Positions 29,574-39,912 of a DNA stretch of 64,000 nt are shown in pieces; position 1 is the stretch's first letter; every line of letters starts with the position of its first letter. The translations under genes were made by a program, and so were the position numbers. Under the pieces are notes generated by a model, which did no database searches, had not been told where the DNA came from, and was given only the letters and a program-made list of their open reading frames with translations. The DNA comes from an uncultured Clostridium sp. (GTDB lineage: Bacteria > Bacillota > Clostridia > Clostridiales > Clostridiaceae). The DNA is taken from positions 16,967 to 80,966 of the forward strand of contig CAKVFO010000001.1 in the NCBI GenBank assembly GCA_934746785.1. The letters run 5' to 3'.

Positions 29574-31571
29574 TTATATATTAAATTTAGATATTGATTC
29601 TGATAAGTTTTTAGCAATCTCTTTATTATTGTTAGATATTTTTGATATAGAATTACCATTATCATTAATTGAAGAAATACTAGAAGATATAGTAGATGCC
29701 GAGTCTGCAACAGTTGACATTGATTTTGATAAGTTAGATATTGTGTTAGAAATATCAACTATAGATGATGCTGCAGAGTTAAACATATCGTTATAATTTA
29801 ATAATAATTCTTTTACAGACTTAGAATTTTCTTTATAGATAGCTGTATAGCTGCTTAAAGAGTCATATTCGCTAAGTATAATATCTTCAAAGATAGATGC
29901 AAGTTCTTTAGAAGATGAAGTTAATTCATTAACAGCAGAGAAAACTTCTGTTATGTTATTTTGTATAGAAGAAACAGTTTCAGATGATTGTTCTGCTAAT
30001 TTACGGACTTCATCTGCAACAACAGCAAAGCCTTTTCCGTTTTCACCAGCTCTAGCAGCTTCAATAGCAGCATTTAAAGCTAATAAGTTAGTTTGTTCAG
30101 CTATTTGCAATATTTCATTAGACATTAAAGAAATATTATCAATTACTTTAACTCTCTCTATAGAATTCTTTAATTTTTCATTGCATGAAGCATAAGTTTT
30201 CTTTAAGTATATTTTTGTATCTTCTGATTTATTTAGAAGTTCTGATGAACTATTCTCAATAGAATCTGCAAGACTTAATCCAGTTTGAATACTTTCTTTA
30301 GAAGTAATTATATTATCTTTTATATCTGTAGAAGTACTATCAAGTTCAATTAATGAAGTTGAAGATTCTTCAATAAGGGCAGATATATTTTCAAGAGAAT
30401 CAGAAGCAGAACTTAATTCATCAAACATACTTGAAATCATAGTATCCATTTTATTAGTACTGTCAGATAAGTCTGAACTTCCAGTATAAACAGATTTAAT
30501 AGTTGAATTTAAAACTGTAACTGAATCATTTAAAGAAGTAATAACTTGAGAAAATTCATCATTTCCAGAAGTATCTTCCTTATGTGTAAGGTTACATTCA
30601 GATAGTTCAAGTGAGAACTGTTTAATCTTATTAATTTCATTAGTAATCCATCTATTTATATAAAGACATATAATTACGCTAATTATTACAGAAACTATAG
30701 AAATAATAATTAATGTTTTAATTGTTCTATTTGTAGCTGAATAAACTTCACTCTCAGCCATTGATATACATAAAGTCCAGCTAGTATTTGGAATACTTGC
30801 ATATGAAGTGAAGTATTTTTTACCGTTTATAGAAAAAACTTCAACGTTAGTTTTTAGGTTATCATAAGAATTTACTAATGGTAAAAGAGAATTGTAATTC
30901 TTATTATCTTTATTAATTTGGTCACCATTATAAACTAGAGTCATATCTTTATGTGCAACAAAGTTACCATGCTTATTTATTATGTATGCAAAACCTGTGT
31001 TACCTAATTGTATATTTTGAATAGTATTGTTAACATTATGTAAGTCAATTACTCCACAGAGATTTCCTAAAAATTTATCTCCATCCATAATAGGAACAGT
31101 TAAAGTAATTATTGAAAGCTCATTGTCAGGAATAACAAAAGGCTCCGTTATAGTTTTTTTATTCCCAGTTATATCTTTATAAAATTGTTCAGAAGATTGA
31201 TCTTTTATTGTATTGTTTTCTGCATAATAAGATATTCCATTAGGATCCATGATGAACAGATGTTTAAATCCCCAATCACTAGCTGACTTTACAAGCGTAG
31301 GATATTGTAAGTTCCAATCCATAGATTGAATATTATCCATTTTAGATATAGTATATAATGCTGTAAACCTATTTTCTAATTCATTAGAAATTAATTCTGA
31401 TGAATCTACAACCTTGTTCAAAAGGTTTTCATTAGTTGTAGATAAGACGCCATCTTTTAAATATACAGCAGACATTGTTACAGAAATAATACTGCTTAGT
31501 ATTATTAATGTTGAAAATATTAATAAAATTTTTTTCCCTATCGTTTTCGACTTGAAAACTTTAATTTTCAT
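29574..31571 (-). CDS. Methyl-accepting chemotaxis protein (Cache-like sensor, HAMP, MCP signalling domain)
   Basis: The signalling hairpin [38 protein letters not shown] is present. Two TM segments flank a ~260-aa sensor domain. Confidence 0.9.
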   Translation of the reverse strand: MKIKVFKSKTIGKKILLIFSTLIILSSIISVTMSAVYLKDGVLSTTNENLLNKVVDSSELISNELENRFTALYTISKMDNIQSMDWNLQYPTLVKSASDWGFKHLFIMDPNGISYYAENNTIKDQSSEQFYKDITGNKKTITEPFVIPDNELSIITLTVPIMDGDKFLGNLCGVIDLHNVNNTIQNIQLGNTGFAYIINKHGNFVAHKDMTLVYNGDQINKDNKNYNSLLPLVNSYDNLKTNVEVFSINGKKYFTSYASIPNTSWTLCISMAESEVYSATNRTIKTLIIISIVSVIISVIICLYINRWITNEINKIKQFSLELSECNLTHKEDTSGNDEFSQVITSLNDSVTVLNSTIKSVYTGSSDLSDSTNKMDTMISSMFDELSSASDSLENISALIEESSTSLIELDSTSTDIKDNIITSKESIQTGLSLADSIENSSSELLNKSEDTKIYLKKTYASCNEKLKNSIERVKVIDNISLMSNEILQIAEQTNLLALNAAIEAARAGENGKGFAVVADEVRKLAEQSSETVSSIQNNITEVFSAVNELTSSSKELASIFEDIILSEYDSLSSYTAIYKENSKSVKELLLNYNDMFNSAASSIVDISNTISNLSKSMSTVADSASTISSSISSINDNGNSISKISNNNKEIAKNLSESISKFNI

Positions 31572-31733
31572 AGATTATCCCTCCCTTTATATGTTATTTT
31601 CGTAAAAATTAAATTAAAACTTAATAGTTCTTGAAAAATACTTTCAATTCATGAAATTGAATAGTTATGTATATTTATGAGATAAAAGGTAATATTTTAT
31701 GATAGAATTAAGCAGTAAGAAGGTGGGGAATTT

Positions 31734-32558
31734 ATGAGAACAAATATTAATTCGGAAAATAAACTTACAATGCTGTCTCAGATGTGTAATGATGCAAAGT
31801 TTCAAGTTTTAGAATATGATAAACTAGAAGGCGCTACAGATATGGAAACTGCTTTAGGACTTAATATTATGAATGATGCAGGAATAAAGTTAAGACAAGT
31901 AAGAATAATATTACAGGATAGTGCCATTAAACTAGAACCAGGAGCTTTAAGTTATATGAAGGGTAATATAAGTATAAAAACTAAAACTGGTGGAGTGCTG
32001 GGGCTAGGTAAGAAGATTTTTAGCGGTAAGGTGACAGGTGAAGAGATGTTTAAGCCTACATATGAAGGAAGTGGAGAAATATTTTTGGAGCCATCCTTCG
32101 GACATTTTGCATTAATAGAGCTTGAAGATGAGGAAATCATAGTAGATGATGGTATGTTTTATGCTTGTGAAGATAGTATAGAAGTAGGAGTGGCTATTCA
32201 AAAGACTATATCTGCATTTACACTAGGAAATGAGGATATTTTTCAGGTTAAGTTAAAGGGAAGTGGAATAGTTGTTTTAGAAATACCTGTTCCTGAATCA
32301 GAGGTATTTAAGTGTAAATTATCAAATGATACATTAAAGGTGGATGGTGATTTTGTAGCTTTGAGATCAGGGAGAATTGAATTTACTGTAGAAAAATCAT
32401 CAGGGGGTATAGGATCATTAACGAATGGAGAAGGATTTTTAAATGTTTATTCAGGAATAGGAGAGGTATGGATTCTACCAACTAAAGGGGTATATTCTGA
32501 TTTAAAGACAATAGGAATAAATAAGGGAATTTACATTAAACAAAAAGATGATTTTTAA
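31734..32558 (+). CDS. AIM24 (DUF124) family protein
   Basis: 274-aa beta-rich protein with repeated G-x-G segments (EPGALSYMKGNI, GSGEIFLEPS, LKGSGIVVLE, GIGEVWILPT) typical of AIM24/DUF124. Confidence 0.65.
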   Translation: MRTNINSENKLTMLSQMCNDAKFQVLEYDKLEGATDMETALGLNIMNDAGIKLRQVRIILQDSAIKLEPGALSYMKGNISIKTKTGGVLGLGKKIFSGKVTGEEMFKPTYEGSGEIFLEPSFGHFALIELEDEEIIVDDGMFYACEDSIEVGVAIQKTISAFTLGNEDIFQVKLKGSGIVVLEIPVPESEVFKCKLSNDTLKVDGDFVALRSGRIEFTVEKSSGGIGSLTNGEGFLNVYSGIGEVWILPTKGVYSDLKTIGINKGIYIKQKDDF

Positions 32559-32641
32559 GTTTAGCATAATAAAGTTGTGAATTATTAAAGCTTTAAGTAT
32601 AATAGGATGTGAAATTACAATTATTAATAGGGAGTGAGAGA

Positions 32642-32947
32642 ATGAATTCCTATGAATCAAAGTTAAAAAGTGAGGAAATGGATTTGTTATTTAATGCTAT
32701 ATTAACTTTAAAGGATACAGAAGAATGTTATAAGTTCTTTGAAGATGTAGCAACTATAAATGAAATAAAGGCATTAGCTCAGAGGATACATGTGGCAAAA
32801 TTATTAAGTGAAAAGAAGACTTATACAGAAATAGCTGAAGTTACAGGAGCAAGTACTGCAACTATAAGCAGAGTAAATAGATGTGTTAATTACGGTAGTA
32901 ATGGATATAATATTGTTCTTGAAAGAATTAAAGAAGGTAAAAGTTGA
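32642..32947 (+). CDS. TrpR-like YerC/YecD family protein
   Basis: ~100-aa protein with ECYKFFEDVATINEIKALAQRIHVAKLL and a TGASTATISRVNRCLNYG-type HTH. ATG 32642 follows a GGGAGTGAGAG RBS. Confidence 0.8.
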   Translation: MNSYESKLKSEEMDLLFNAILTLKDTEECYKFFEDVATINEIKALAQRIHVAKLLSEKKTYTEIAEVTGASTATISRVNRCVNYGSNGYNIVLERIKEGKS

Positions 32948-33021
32948 TATAAAGTATAATAAAGTTTATACTATTCATAGTAAAAAAATAGATTATTTAG
33001 AAATAATGGTGAGGTAAAAAA

Positions 33022-34380
33022 ATGAGTAGAATGTTTGGAACTGATGGAGTTAGAGGCATTGCTAATACAGAATTAACAGCTGAGTTAGCTTATAATTTAG
33101 GAAGAGCAGGAGCTTTTGTTTTAACAGAAGGTACACACAAGCCTAAAATATTAGTTGGTAAAGATACTAGACTTTCTGGAGATATGCTAGAAGCAGCACT
33201 TGTTGCAGGTATATTATCAGTTGGAGCAGAAGCAGTTGTATTAGGAGTTGTGCCAACACCAGCAGTAGCACATTTAACAAGAGAATATGGAGCAGATGCA
33301 GGGGTTGTTATATCAGCATCTCATAATCCAGTTGAATATAACGGAATAAAGTTCTTCGATGCTAGAGGATATAAACTTTCTGATGAATTAGAAGATCAAA
33401 TTCAAAGCGTAATAGAAAGTGGTTTTGAAGGAGTGCCTAGCCCAATAGGAGAAAATTTAGGAAGAGAATATGTTAAGAAGAGCGCATTAGATGACTACAT
33501 AAAATTTGCTAAGAGTACAACAACTGTAGACTTAACAGGTCTAAAAGTTGCTTTAGATTGTGCTAATGGAGCATCTTATGAAGCTTCAGTTAAAGCATTT
33601 AAGGAATTAGGAGCTGAAGTACATGTAATTAACAATACTCCAGATGGAACTAATATAAATAAAAAGTGTGGATCAACTCATCCAGAAGAATTAATGGAAT
33701 ATGTGGTTAAAAATGGATGTGATGTAGGTTTTGCTTATGATGGTGATGCTGACAGATGTTTAGCAGTAGATGAAAAAGGAAAGTTAATTACTGGAGATTT
33801 TATTTTAACTATCTGTGGAAAGTACTTAAAGGAAATGAATAAGTTACATGATGATACTATAGTTGTTACAGTAATGAGTAACTTAGGATTAGATATAGCT
33901 TGCCAAGAACAAGGAATGAAGACTTTAAAAACTAAAGTTGGAGACAGATATGTTCTTGAAGAAATGATTAAGGGTAAATATGTGCTTGGTGGAGAACAAT
34001 CAGGACACATTATATTCTTAGACTACAATACAACTGGAGATGGTCTTGTAACTTCATTACAAATTGCATCAATAGTTAAGAAGGAAAATAAAACTTTAAG
34101 TGAATTATGCAGCATAATGAAGGAACTACCACAAGTTTTAGCAAATGCTAAGGTTCCAAATGAAATGAAAAATATTTACTTAGAAGATGAAGAAATAAAG
34201 GCTGAAATAGTTAGAATAGAAGAAAGCTTACATGGAAGAGGAAGAGTTTTAATAAGACCTTCTGGAACTGAACCACTAGTTAGAGTTATGCTTGAAGGTG
34301 AAAATCAAGAAGAAATAGATAAGATGGCTCATAACTTAGCAGATATGATAGTAGCTAAATGTAAGTATTGGAAGATATAG
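33022..34380 (+). CDS. glmM: Phosphoglucosamine mutase
   Basis: MFGTDGVRG is present, with the phospho-Ser loop [15 protein letters not shown], the Mg loop [10 protein letters not shown] and the GEQSGH sugar-binding motif. Confidence 0.95.
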   Translation: MSRMFGTDGVRGIANTELTAELAYNLGRAGAFVLTEGTHKPKILVGKDTRLSGDMLEAALVAGILSVGAEAVVLGVVPTPAVAHLTREYGADAGVVISASHNPVEYNGIKFFDARGYKLSDELEDQIQSVIESGFEGVPSPIGENLGREYVKKSALDDYIKFAKSTTTVDLTGLKVALDCANGASYEASVKAFKELGAEVHVINNTPDGTNINKKCGSTHPEELMEYVVKNGCDVGFAYDGDADRCLAVDEKGKLITGDFILTICGKYLKEMNKLHDDTIVVTVMSNLGLDIACQEQGMKTLKTKVGDRYVLEEMIKGKYVLGGEQSGHIIFLDYNTTGDGLVTSLQIASIVKKENKTLSELCSIMKELPQVLANAKVPNEMKNIYLEDEEIKAEIVRIEESLHGRGRVLIRPSGTEPLVRVMLEGENQEEIDKMAHNLADMIVAKCKYWKI

Positions 34381-34396
34381 ATGCAGGTCTTGCCAA

Positions 34397-34705
34397 ATGT
34401 TAGATAACCAGCTTAGAAACGTAAAAGAGAATAATAATTATGATATTTATGTAGCTATTATAAACTCAAATGAGCAGTCTAATGCAGAAACAAGTTTGTA
34501 TTATTATTTCTTAGAACAAGGACTTTCAAATGAAAAAGCACTTGCATTTTCAGCTATGGCAGATGAAGAAACGGCAGACTTAATAAAAAAGTATTCAGAA
34601 ATGAGTTCTAGTGAATTTAAAACAGCAATAGATTTATTAAAAGATATTATATTAATGATGTTGGAGATTGCTGGGATTCATTATGGTGGTAAAATATTTA
34701 TTTAA
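34397..34705 (+). CDS. Hypothetical protein (weak call)
   Basis: 102-aa ORF with no convincing RBS. It overlaps the next ORF by 38 nt. No family recognised. Confidence 0.35.
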   Translation: MLDNQLRNVKENNNYDIYVAIINSNEQSNAETSLYYYFLEQGLSNEKALAFSAMADEETADLIKKYSEMSSSEFKTAIDLLKDIILMMLEIAGIHYGGKIFI

Positions 34706-35393
34706 TGATATAGAATATCCAGATGATTTTAAATCAAGAGAGAAAATTTTCAAACAATATCATGAAAAAATAAATCAAATTTCAGGAAGTGAAATGAAGA
34801 AAAAAGATTTTAGTATGGCAATATTATTAGATCTTTTTGCAATTATAGGAGTGATAGCAGTATTTATGTATGGGGAAGCATCTATAATTTTAAAAGCTGT
34901 TTATATTATTCCATCAATAATATTTGCAATATATGACTTATCATTGGCATGTAAAGTAAAATATAAAGAATGTAATAAAAAGAATTTATATAAGAAACAA
35001 GTTTCAATGCTGATGTTAGTAAATGTATATATTTTTTTAGGAACATATATCTTTCAAGTAATAAGCTTAGGGGATAAGTTTACAAATCAAATATGTATTT
35101 TTTCTTTAATAGCTTTTATAGTTTTAACTTTAGGATTAATATTAAAAGCAGGAAAAGATTCACCAAAAAGATTTATAAATGATTTTTTATATAAGGAAAA
35201 TAAATATCATAGTCAGTCATCATGGGTACTTAATATTACCAGAGTATTAATTGTTTTAATATCTTTATTTAAACCATACATGTTAGTTATGGCTATAGGT
35301 TATATACTTCTTTCACCTTATACGTATTATATAACTTATGCTTATTATATATATTTACAGTATGATAATGTTCAACAATTACACCAATATTAG
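34668..35393 (+). CDS. Hypothetical polytopic membrane protein
   Basis: 241-aa ORF with ~5-6 hydrophobic segments. The start is uncertain (TTG 34668, ATG 34683 or GTG 34686). No family recognised. Confidence 0.5.
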   Translation: MLGFIMVVKYLFNDIEYPDDFKSREKIFKQYHEKINQISGSEMKKKDFSMAILLDLFAIIGVIAVFMYGEASIILKAVYIIPSIIFAIYDLSLACKVKYKECNKKNLYKKQVSMLMLVNVYIFLGTYIFQVISLGDKFTNQICIFSLIAFIVLTLGLILKAGKDSPKRFINDFLYKENKYHSQSSWVLNITRVLIVLISLFKPYMLVMAIGYILLSPYTYYITYAYYIYLQYDNVQQLHQY

Positions 35394-35496
35394 AATTGTA
35401 GGATATCAAGATGAAGAAGAGATAATGTATTCTTTATCAGCTACTAAACAAAAAGAAATAGAAAAGCAAAGGTTAGAAGAAGATAATTAATATAAG

Positions 35497-35537
35497 AATC
35501 TGTATCAAAAGAGAGAATTTTGATACAGATTTTTTTC
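35497..35537 (+). terminator. Rho-independent terminator
   Basis: AATCTGTATCAAAA (35497-35510) pairs with TTTTGATACAGATT (35518-35531), followed by a T-run. Confidence 0.75.
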
Positions 35538-35864
35538 TGATTACTAAATTTATTTTTATAAATTAAAAAGCTAAAACTTAACTCATAAATTTTCTTTACT
35601 GGTATAATTTATAAATATTTAAGCCTTAAAAATAAAAAGAATGGTTCTAAGGATGGAATTAATGGCATAAGATGCTTATTATGAGATGATAAAGAGAAAT
35701 GCGATAATAATAAAAAAATGAAGGTAAATAAAGAAAAGTACTATGTAAAATAAACTGAGGATAATAAATTATTAAAAAAATGGCATTGTTTTTGAAAAAG
35801 TACAATAAATCAATAGTAGCTACAAGTAATAAAATATTAAAATTGTAAAAATAATGTTTAAATG

Positions 35865-35893
35865 TTGACTTTATGAAAAAACACGAGTAAAAT
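35865..35893 (+). promoter_or_regulatory. Sigma-A-type promoter of the ilv/leu leader
   Basis: TTGACT (35865-35870), a 17-nt spacer, then TAAAAT (35888-35893). Confidence 0.5.
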
Positions 35894-35899
35894 CATAAC

Positions 35900-36192
35900 T
35901 AAGCGAAAAGTGAATATTTCCTAGTATTTAAAAGCTACGATGGAGAAGGTTATTTAATGTTACAAAAGGTTCAGAGAGTCAGTGGTTGGTGTGAACTGAT
36001 GCTTTTAGTTAAATAGGTATCACTCCTGAGCTGAATCCAGAAAACTTTGCTTTGTAGCATTGTGAGTAAGCGATATCCGGTGAGCATCCGTTATATGTAA
36101 GGGTTTGTTGGAACCGATTATGTTATATTTAGGCGGAGTTTTATCCCACTTTTTATGATATATTTATCATTCATAAAGGTGGTTTTTTTTAT
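35900..36192 (+). promoter_or_regulatory. T-box leader (tRNA-sensing riboswitch) with an intrinsic terminator; the specifier reads as AUC (Ile)
   Basis: The stem I base has a GA/K-turn-like CGATGGAGAAGG. AGAGAG is at 35973-35978 and GGTGTGAA at 35988-35995. The specifier-loop context is GGT-ATC-A-CTCC at 36016-36026. A T-box-like GTTGGAACCG is at 36107-36116. The terminator hairpin is at 36146-36182, followed by T8. Confidence 0.75.
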
Positions 36193-36349
36193 TCTTAGAT
36201 GAATTATATTCATATAAAAGATATGTATAATGTGCTTGTTTATGCGTTCTAAGTATGTTTTATGCAAAGAATAAAAAATGAAATTATAGTGCCGCAAAAG
36301 AACCGAAAAGAAAAATAATTAAATGGTATTTTTATAAGGAATTATTTTT

Positions 36350-36422
36350 CTTTTAGAACCTTTTGCATGGCTGACAAAGCGGTTTCCTGCGCTGAAAAGC
36401 GTGGCGTCAGCCACTTTGTGCT
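36350..36422 (+). repeat. Copy 2 of the ~75-nt GC-rich hairpin element, inside the ilv/leu 5' UTR
   Basis: CTTTTAGAACCTTTTGCATGGCTGACAAAGCGGTTTCCTGCGCTGAAAAGCGTGGCGTCAGCCACTTTGTGCT. It has a 2-nt deletion and a few substitutions relative to copy 1. Confidence 0.85.
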
Positions 36423-36474
36423 ACTTTATTAAAAAATATATAATGTTCCGTTTCGTAAATAAGGAGGGGGAAAG

Positions 36475-36987
36475 ATGGAGCAAAAGCATGTATTATCAGT
36501 TCTTGTACAAAATTCATCAGGGGTTTTAAGTAGAATAGCAGGATTGTTTTCAAGAAGAGGTTACAATATTGATAGCTTGACAGTTGGGGCAACAGATAAT
36601 GAAGAAGTATCAAGAATGACAATCACAATAACAGGTGATAATGATGTACTTGAACAGGTTACAAAACAGCTTGATAAATTAGAAGAAGTTATTAGAGTTA
36701 TTAACTTAAAGGCTGATAATTCAGTTTATAGGGAACTTGTTTTAATTAAAGTAAAAGCTGGGGCAGATAAGAGAGCTGATATTAATGAAATTGTTAAGAT
36801 ATTTAGATGTAAGATAATAGATTTATCTACAGAAACATTAACAATTGAATTAACAGGAGATGAAAGTAAGATATCCGCATTAATCAAATTAATGGAGGAA
36901 TATGGAATAGAAGAACTTGTAAGGACAGGTGTTACAGCACTTGAAAGAGGAGATAACACTATAACAAGTTATACTGAATATGAATAA
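36475..36987 (+). CDS. ilvN: Acetolactate synthase small (regulatory) subunit
   Basis: The ACT domain N-terminus HVLSVLVQNSSGVLSRIAGLFSRRGYNIDSLTVG is present. Length is 170 aa, with a GGAGGGGG RBS. Confidence 0.9.
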   Translation: MEQKHVLSVLVQNSSGVLSRIAGLFSRRGYNIDSLTVGATDNEEVSRMTITITGDNDVLEQVTKQLDKLEEVIRVINLKADNSVYRELVLIKVKAGADKRADINEIVKIFRCKIIDLSTETLTIELTGDESKISALIKLMEEYGIEELVRTGVTALERGDNTITSYTEYE

Positions 36988-37022
36988 AAATTGCAATTGG
37001 CTAATAGAGGGGGGCAGCTTTA

Positions 37023-38621
37023 ATGACCAATAATAAAATAAGCATCTTTGATTCTACCTTAAGAGATGGGGCTCAAGGGCAGGGAATTTCCTACTCTGTA
37101 GAAGATAAAATTAAGATAGTCAAAGCCTTAGATGATATTGGAGTCACATATATAGAAGCAGGAAATCCAGGATCTAATCCAAAAGATATGGAATTCTTCA
37201 AAAGAATAAAGGAAGTAAGTTTAAAAACATCAAAAGTTGCAGCTTTCGGTTCAACAAGAAGACCAAAAATAGAAGTAAAGGATGATAATAATATAAAAAA
37301 TATATTATTAGCAGATACCGATGTGGTAGTAATATTCGGTAAAGCATGGGACTTCCAGGTTAAAGATATATTAAAAACCACTTTAGATGAAAATTTAAAA
37401 ATGATAGAAGAGACAGTACATTTTTTAGCTGAAAGGGGAAAAGAAGTAATATTTGATGCAGAACATTTCTTTGATGGCTATAAGGAAAATAAAGAATATG
37501 CAATGCAGACTATTAAAACAGCTAAAGAAGCAGGTGCTAAAACTGTAGTTCTATGTGATACAAATGGAGGTACACTTCCAAATGAGATAGAAACTATAGT
37601 AAAAGAAGCAATAAGCAATGTAGGGGGCAATGTAGGTATACATTGTCACGATGATATAGGAATGGCAGTAGCAAATTCAGTCGTGGCAGCACAATCAGGG
37701 GCAAATCACATTCAAGGAACCTTTATAGGAACAGGTGAAAGATGTGGTAATTCAAATCTTAGTGCAATAATTCCAACTTTAAAACTAAAGCTTGGAATAG
37801 ACGTTATAGATGAAGAGAACCTTTCTAAATTAACTAGTGTTGCTAGATTCATAGCAGAAATTTCAAACATTACTTTAAAAGATGATTCACCATATGTGGG
37901 CAATTCAGCATTTGCACATAAAGGTGGAATGCATATAGATGCTGTTTGTAAAGATTCTAAATCTTATGAACATGTTAAACCAGAAGTGATAGGAAATGAA
38001 AGAAGATTTTTAATATCTGAAGTCAGTGGTAAAAGCACGATTTTATCACAGATAAAAAAGATATTTCCTAATGTTTCCAAAGAAAGCAAAGAGATTCAGG
38101 TTATTACAGATAGATTAAAAGAACTAGAATATGAAGGCTATCAATTTGAAGGCGCAGAAGGAACTGTAGAGCTTGTAATGAGAAAGATAATGGGTAAATA
38201 TAAACCTTTCTTTAAGTTAAATCATTTCAAAGTATTTGCAGAACAGTCTTCAAATGGAATAAAGGAATTTACCTCATCAGTAATGATTAATGTTACTGTT
38301 GATGGAAAGGAACAGATAAGTGCAGCTGAAGGTGAAGGACCTGTAAATGCATTAGATAAAGCACTTAGAAAAGCATTAGAAGTCTTTTATCCACAATTAA
38401 GTGATGTAAGACTTGTAGATTACAAAGTAAGGGTTTTAGACTCTGAAAGTGCTACTGAAGCAAAAGTAAGAGTTTTAATAGAGTCTACAGATGGTGATGA
38501 AAGCTGGAGTACAGTTGGGGTATCAAGAGATATTATCAAAGCTAGCTGGATAGCATTAGTTGATTCTATAGAATATAAACTGATAAAAGATATAGAAAAA
38601 AAAGTAAAAACATATTTTTAG
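37023..38621 (+). CDS. cimA: Citramalate synthase-type member of the LeuA/HMGL family
   Basis: The N-terminus reads IFDSTLRDGAQGQGISYSVEDKIKIVKALDDIGVTYIEAGNPGSNPKD (DGAQ rather than DGEQ, and GNPGSNPKD). A 532-aa length with a C-terminal LeuA-dimer-like domain is typical of the CimA subfamily. A LeuA assignment cannot be excluded by eye. Confidence 0.7.
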   Translation: MTNNKISIFDSTLRDGAQGQGISYSVEDKIKIVKALDDIGVTYIEAGNPGSNPKDMEFFKRIKEVSLKTSKVAAFGSTRRPKIEVKDDNNIKNILLADTDVVVIFGKAWDFQVKDILKTTLDENLKMIEETVHFLAERGKEVIFDAEHFFDGYKENKEYAMQTIKTAKEAGAKTVVLCDTNGGTLPNEIETIVKEAISNVGGNVGIHCHDDIGMAVANSVVAAQSGANHIQGTFIGTGERCGNSNLSAIIPTLKLKLGIDVIDEENLSKLTSVARFIAEISNITLKDDSPYVGNSAFAHKGGMHIDAVCKDSKSYEHVKPEVIGNERRFLISEVSGKSTILSQIKKIFPNVSKESKEIQVITDRLKELEYEGYQFEGAEGTVELVMRKIMGKYKPFFKLNHFKVFAEQSSNGIKEFTSSVMINVTVDGKEQISAAEGEGPVNALDKALRKALEVFYPQLSDVRLVDYKVRVLDSESATEAKVRVLIESTDGDESWSTVGVSRDIIKASWIALVDSIEYKLIKDIEKKVKTYF

Positions 38622-38636
38622 GGAGATGATTAAACA

Positions 38637-39899
38637 ATGGGCATGACAATGACACAAAAAATATTAGCAGCACATGCAGGATTGGAAAGCGTTAAAGCAG
38701 GACAATTAATAGAAGCTAATTTAGATTTAGTTTTAGGGAATGATATTACAACACCAGTTGCTGTAACTGAGTTTAAGAAGTTTGGTGCAGACAAACAAGT
38801 ATTTAGCAAGAGTCAAATAGCAATCGTTCCAGATCACTTTACTCCTAATAAGGACATAAAGGCTGCAGAACAAGTTAAATACATAAGAGGATTTGCACAT
38901 GAAAAAGGAATTGAAAACTTCTTCGAAGTTGGAGAAATGGGTATAGAACACTGCTTAGTACCTGAAAAAGGATTAGCTGTAGCAGGAGATGTTGTAATTG
39001 GAGCTGACTCACATACTTGTACTTATGGAGCACTTGGTGCATTCTCAACAGGTATTGGATCAACAGATATGGCTGCTGGTATGGCAACAGGTAAGTGCTG
39101 GTTTAAGGTACCATCTGCTTTAAAATTTGTTCTTAAGAATAAACCTGCTAAATGGGTAAGTGGTAAGGACATTATTTTACACATAATAGGAATGATTGGT
39201 GTTGATGGAGCACTTTACAAATCAATGGAATTCGTTGGAGATGGATTACAATACCTTTCAATGGACGATAGATTTACAATGGCTAACATGGCTATAGAAG
39301 CTGGTGGAAAGAATGGTATATTCCCAGTAGATGATAAGACTGAAGAATATTTAAAAGAACATGCTAAGAGAGAATGGAAGAAATTTGAATCTGATGAAGA
39401 TGCAGAATATGATGAAGTTTATGAAATAGATTTAAGTACATTAAGACCAACTGTATCATTCCCACACTTACCAGATAACACAAGAACAATTGATGAAGCT
39501 CAAGGTCTTGAAATAGATCAAGTTGTTATTGGATCTTGTACAAATGGTAGAATCTCAGATTTAAGAATTGCTAGAGATATTCTTAAAGGAAAGAAAACAA
39601 ACAAGAATATAAGAACAATCGTAATTCCTGGAACTCAAAAGATTTACCTTCAAGCATTAGAAGAAGGAATAATCAAAGATTTAATTGAAGCAGGAGCAGC
39701 AGTATCTACACCAACTTGTGGACCATGTCTTGGAGGTCATATGGGTATATTAGCAAAAGGTGAAAGATGCGTATCAACAACAAACAGAAACTTTGTAGGA
39801 AGAATGGGACACGTAGAATCAGAAGTTTATCTAGCAAGCCCAGCTGTAGCAGCAGCATCAGCTATAACAGGTAAAATAACTGACCCAGAAACAGTGTAG
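38637..39899 (+). CDS. leuC: 3-isopropylmalate dehydratase large subunit
   Basis: The aconitase-family Fe-S ligand motifs [11 protein letters not shown] and GSCTNGR..PCLGG are present. Length is 420 aa. Confidence 0.9.
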   Translation: MGMTMTQKILAAHAGLESVKAGQLIEANLDLVLGNDITTPVAVTEFKKFGADKQVFSKSQIAIVPDHFTPNKDIKAAEQVKYIRGFAHEKGIENFFEVGEMGIEHCLVPEKGLAVAGDVVIGADSHTCTYGALGAFSTGIGSTDMAAGMATGKCWFKVPSALKFVLKNKPAKWVSGKDIILHIIGMIGVDGALYKSMEFVGDGLQYLSMDDRFTMANMAIEAGGKNGIFPVDDKTEEYLKEHAKREWKKFESDEDAEYDEVYEIDLSTLRPTVSFPHLPDNTRTIDEAQGLEIDQVVIGSCTNGRISDLRIARDILKGKKTNKNIRTIVIPGTQKIYLQALEEGIIKDLIEAGAAVSTPTCGPCLGGHMGILAKGERCVSTTNRNFVGRMGHVESEVYLASPAVAAASAITGKITDPETV

Positions 39900-39912
39900 G
39901 AGGTAAAAAATA

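Noticed and set aside
29512-29796. A 94-aa highly acidic ORF on the + strand after buk.
   Set aside because: It runs through the terminator hairpin and mirrors the Ser/Asn/Ile-rich C-terminus of the chemoreceptor gene on the - strand. It has no RBS, so it is a shadow ORF.
23543-34380. cdaA-cdaR is separated from glmM by 7.4 kb (FAD protein, ptb-buk, chemoreceptor, AIM24, yerC), although cdaA-cdaR-glmM is an operon in many Firmicutes.
   Set aside because: From memory, the order sleB-like, cdaA, cdaR, FAD protein, ptb, buk is the normal synteny in solventogenic and related clostridia. It is therefore probably ancestral for the genus, not a novel rearrangement. This needs comparative confirmation.
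35540-35860. A 320-nt AT-rich gap before the ilv promoter containing several 9-22-codon ORFs.
   Set aside because: None has an RBS or a recognisable peptide signature, and such ORFs are expected by chance.
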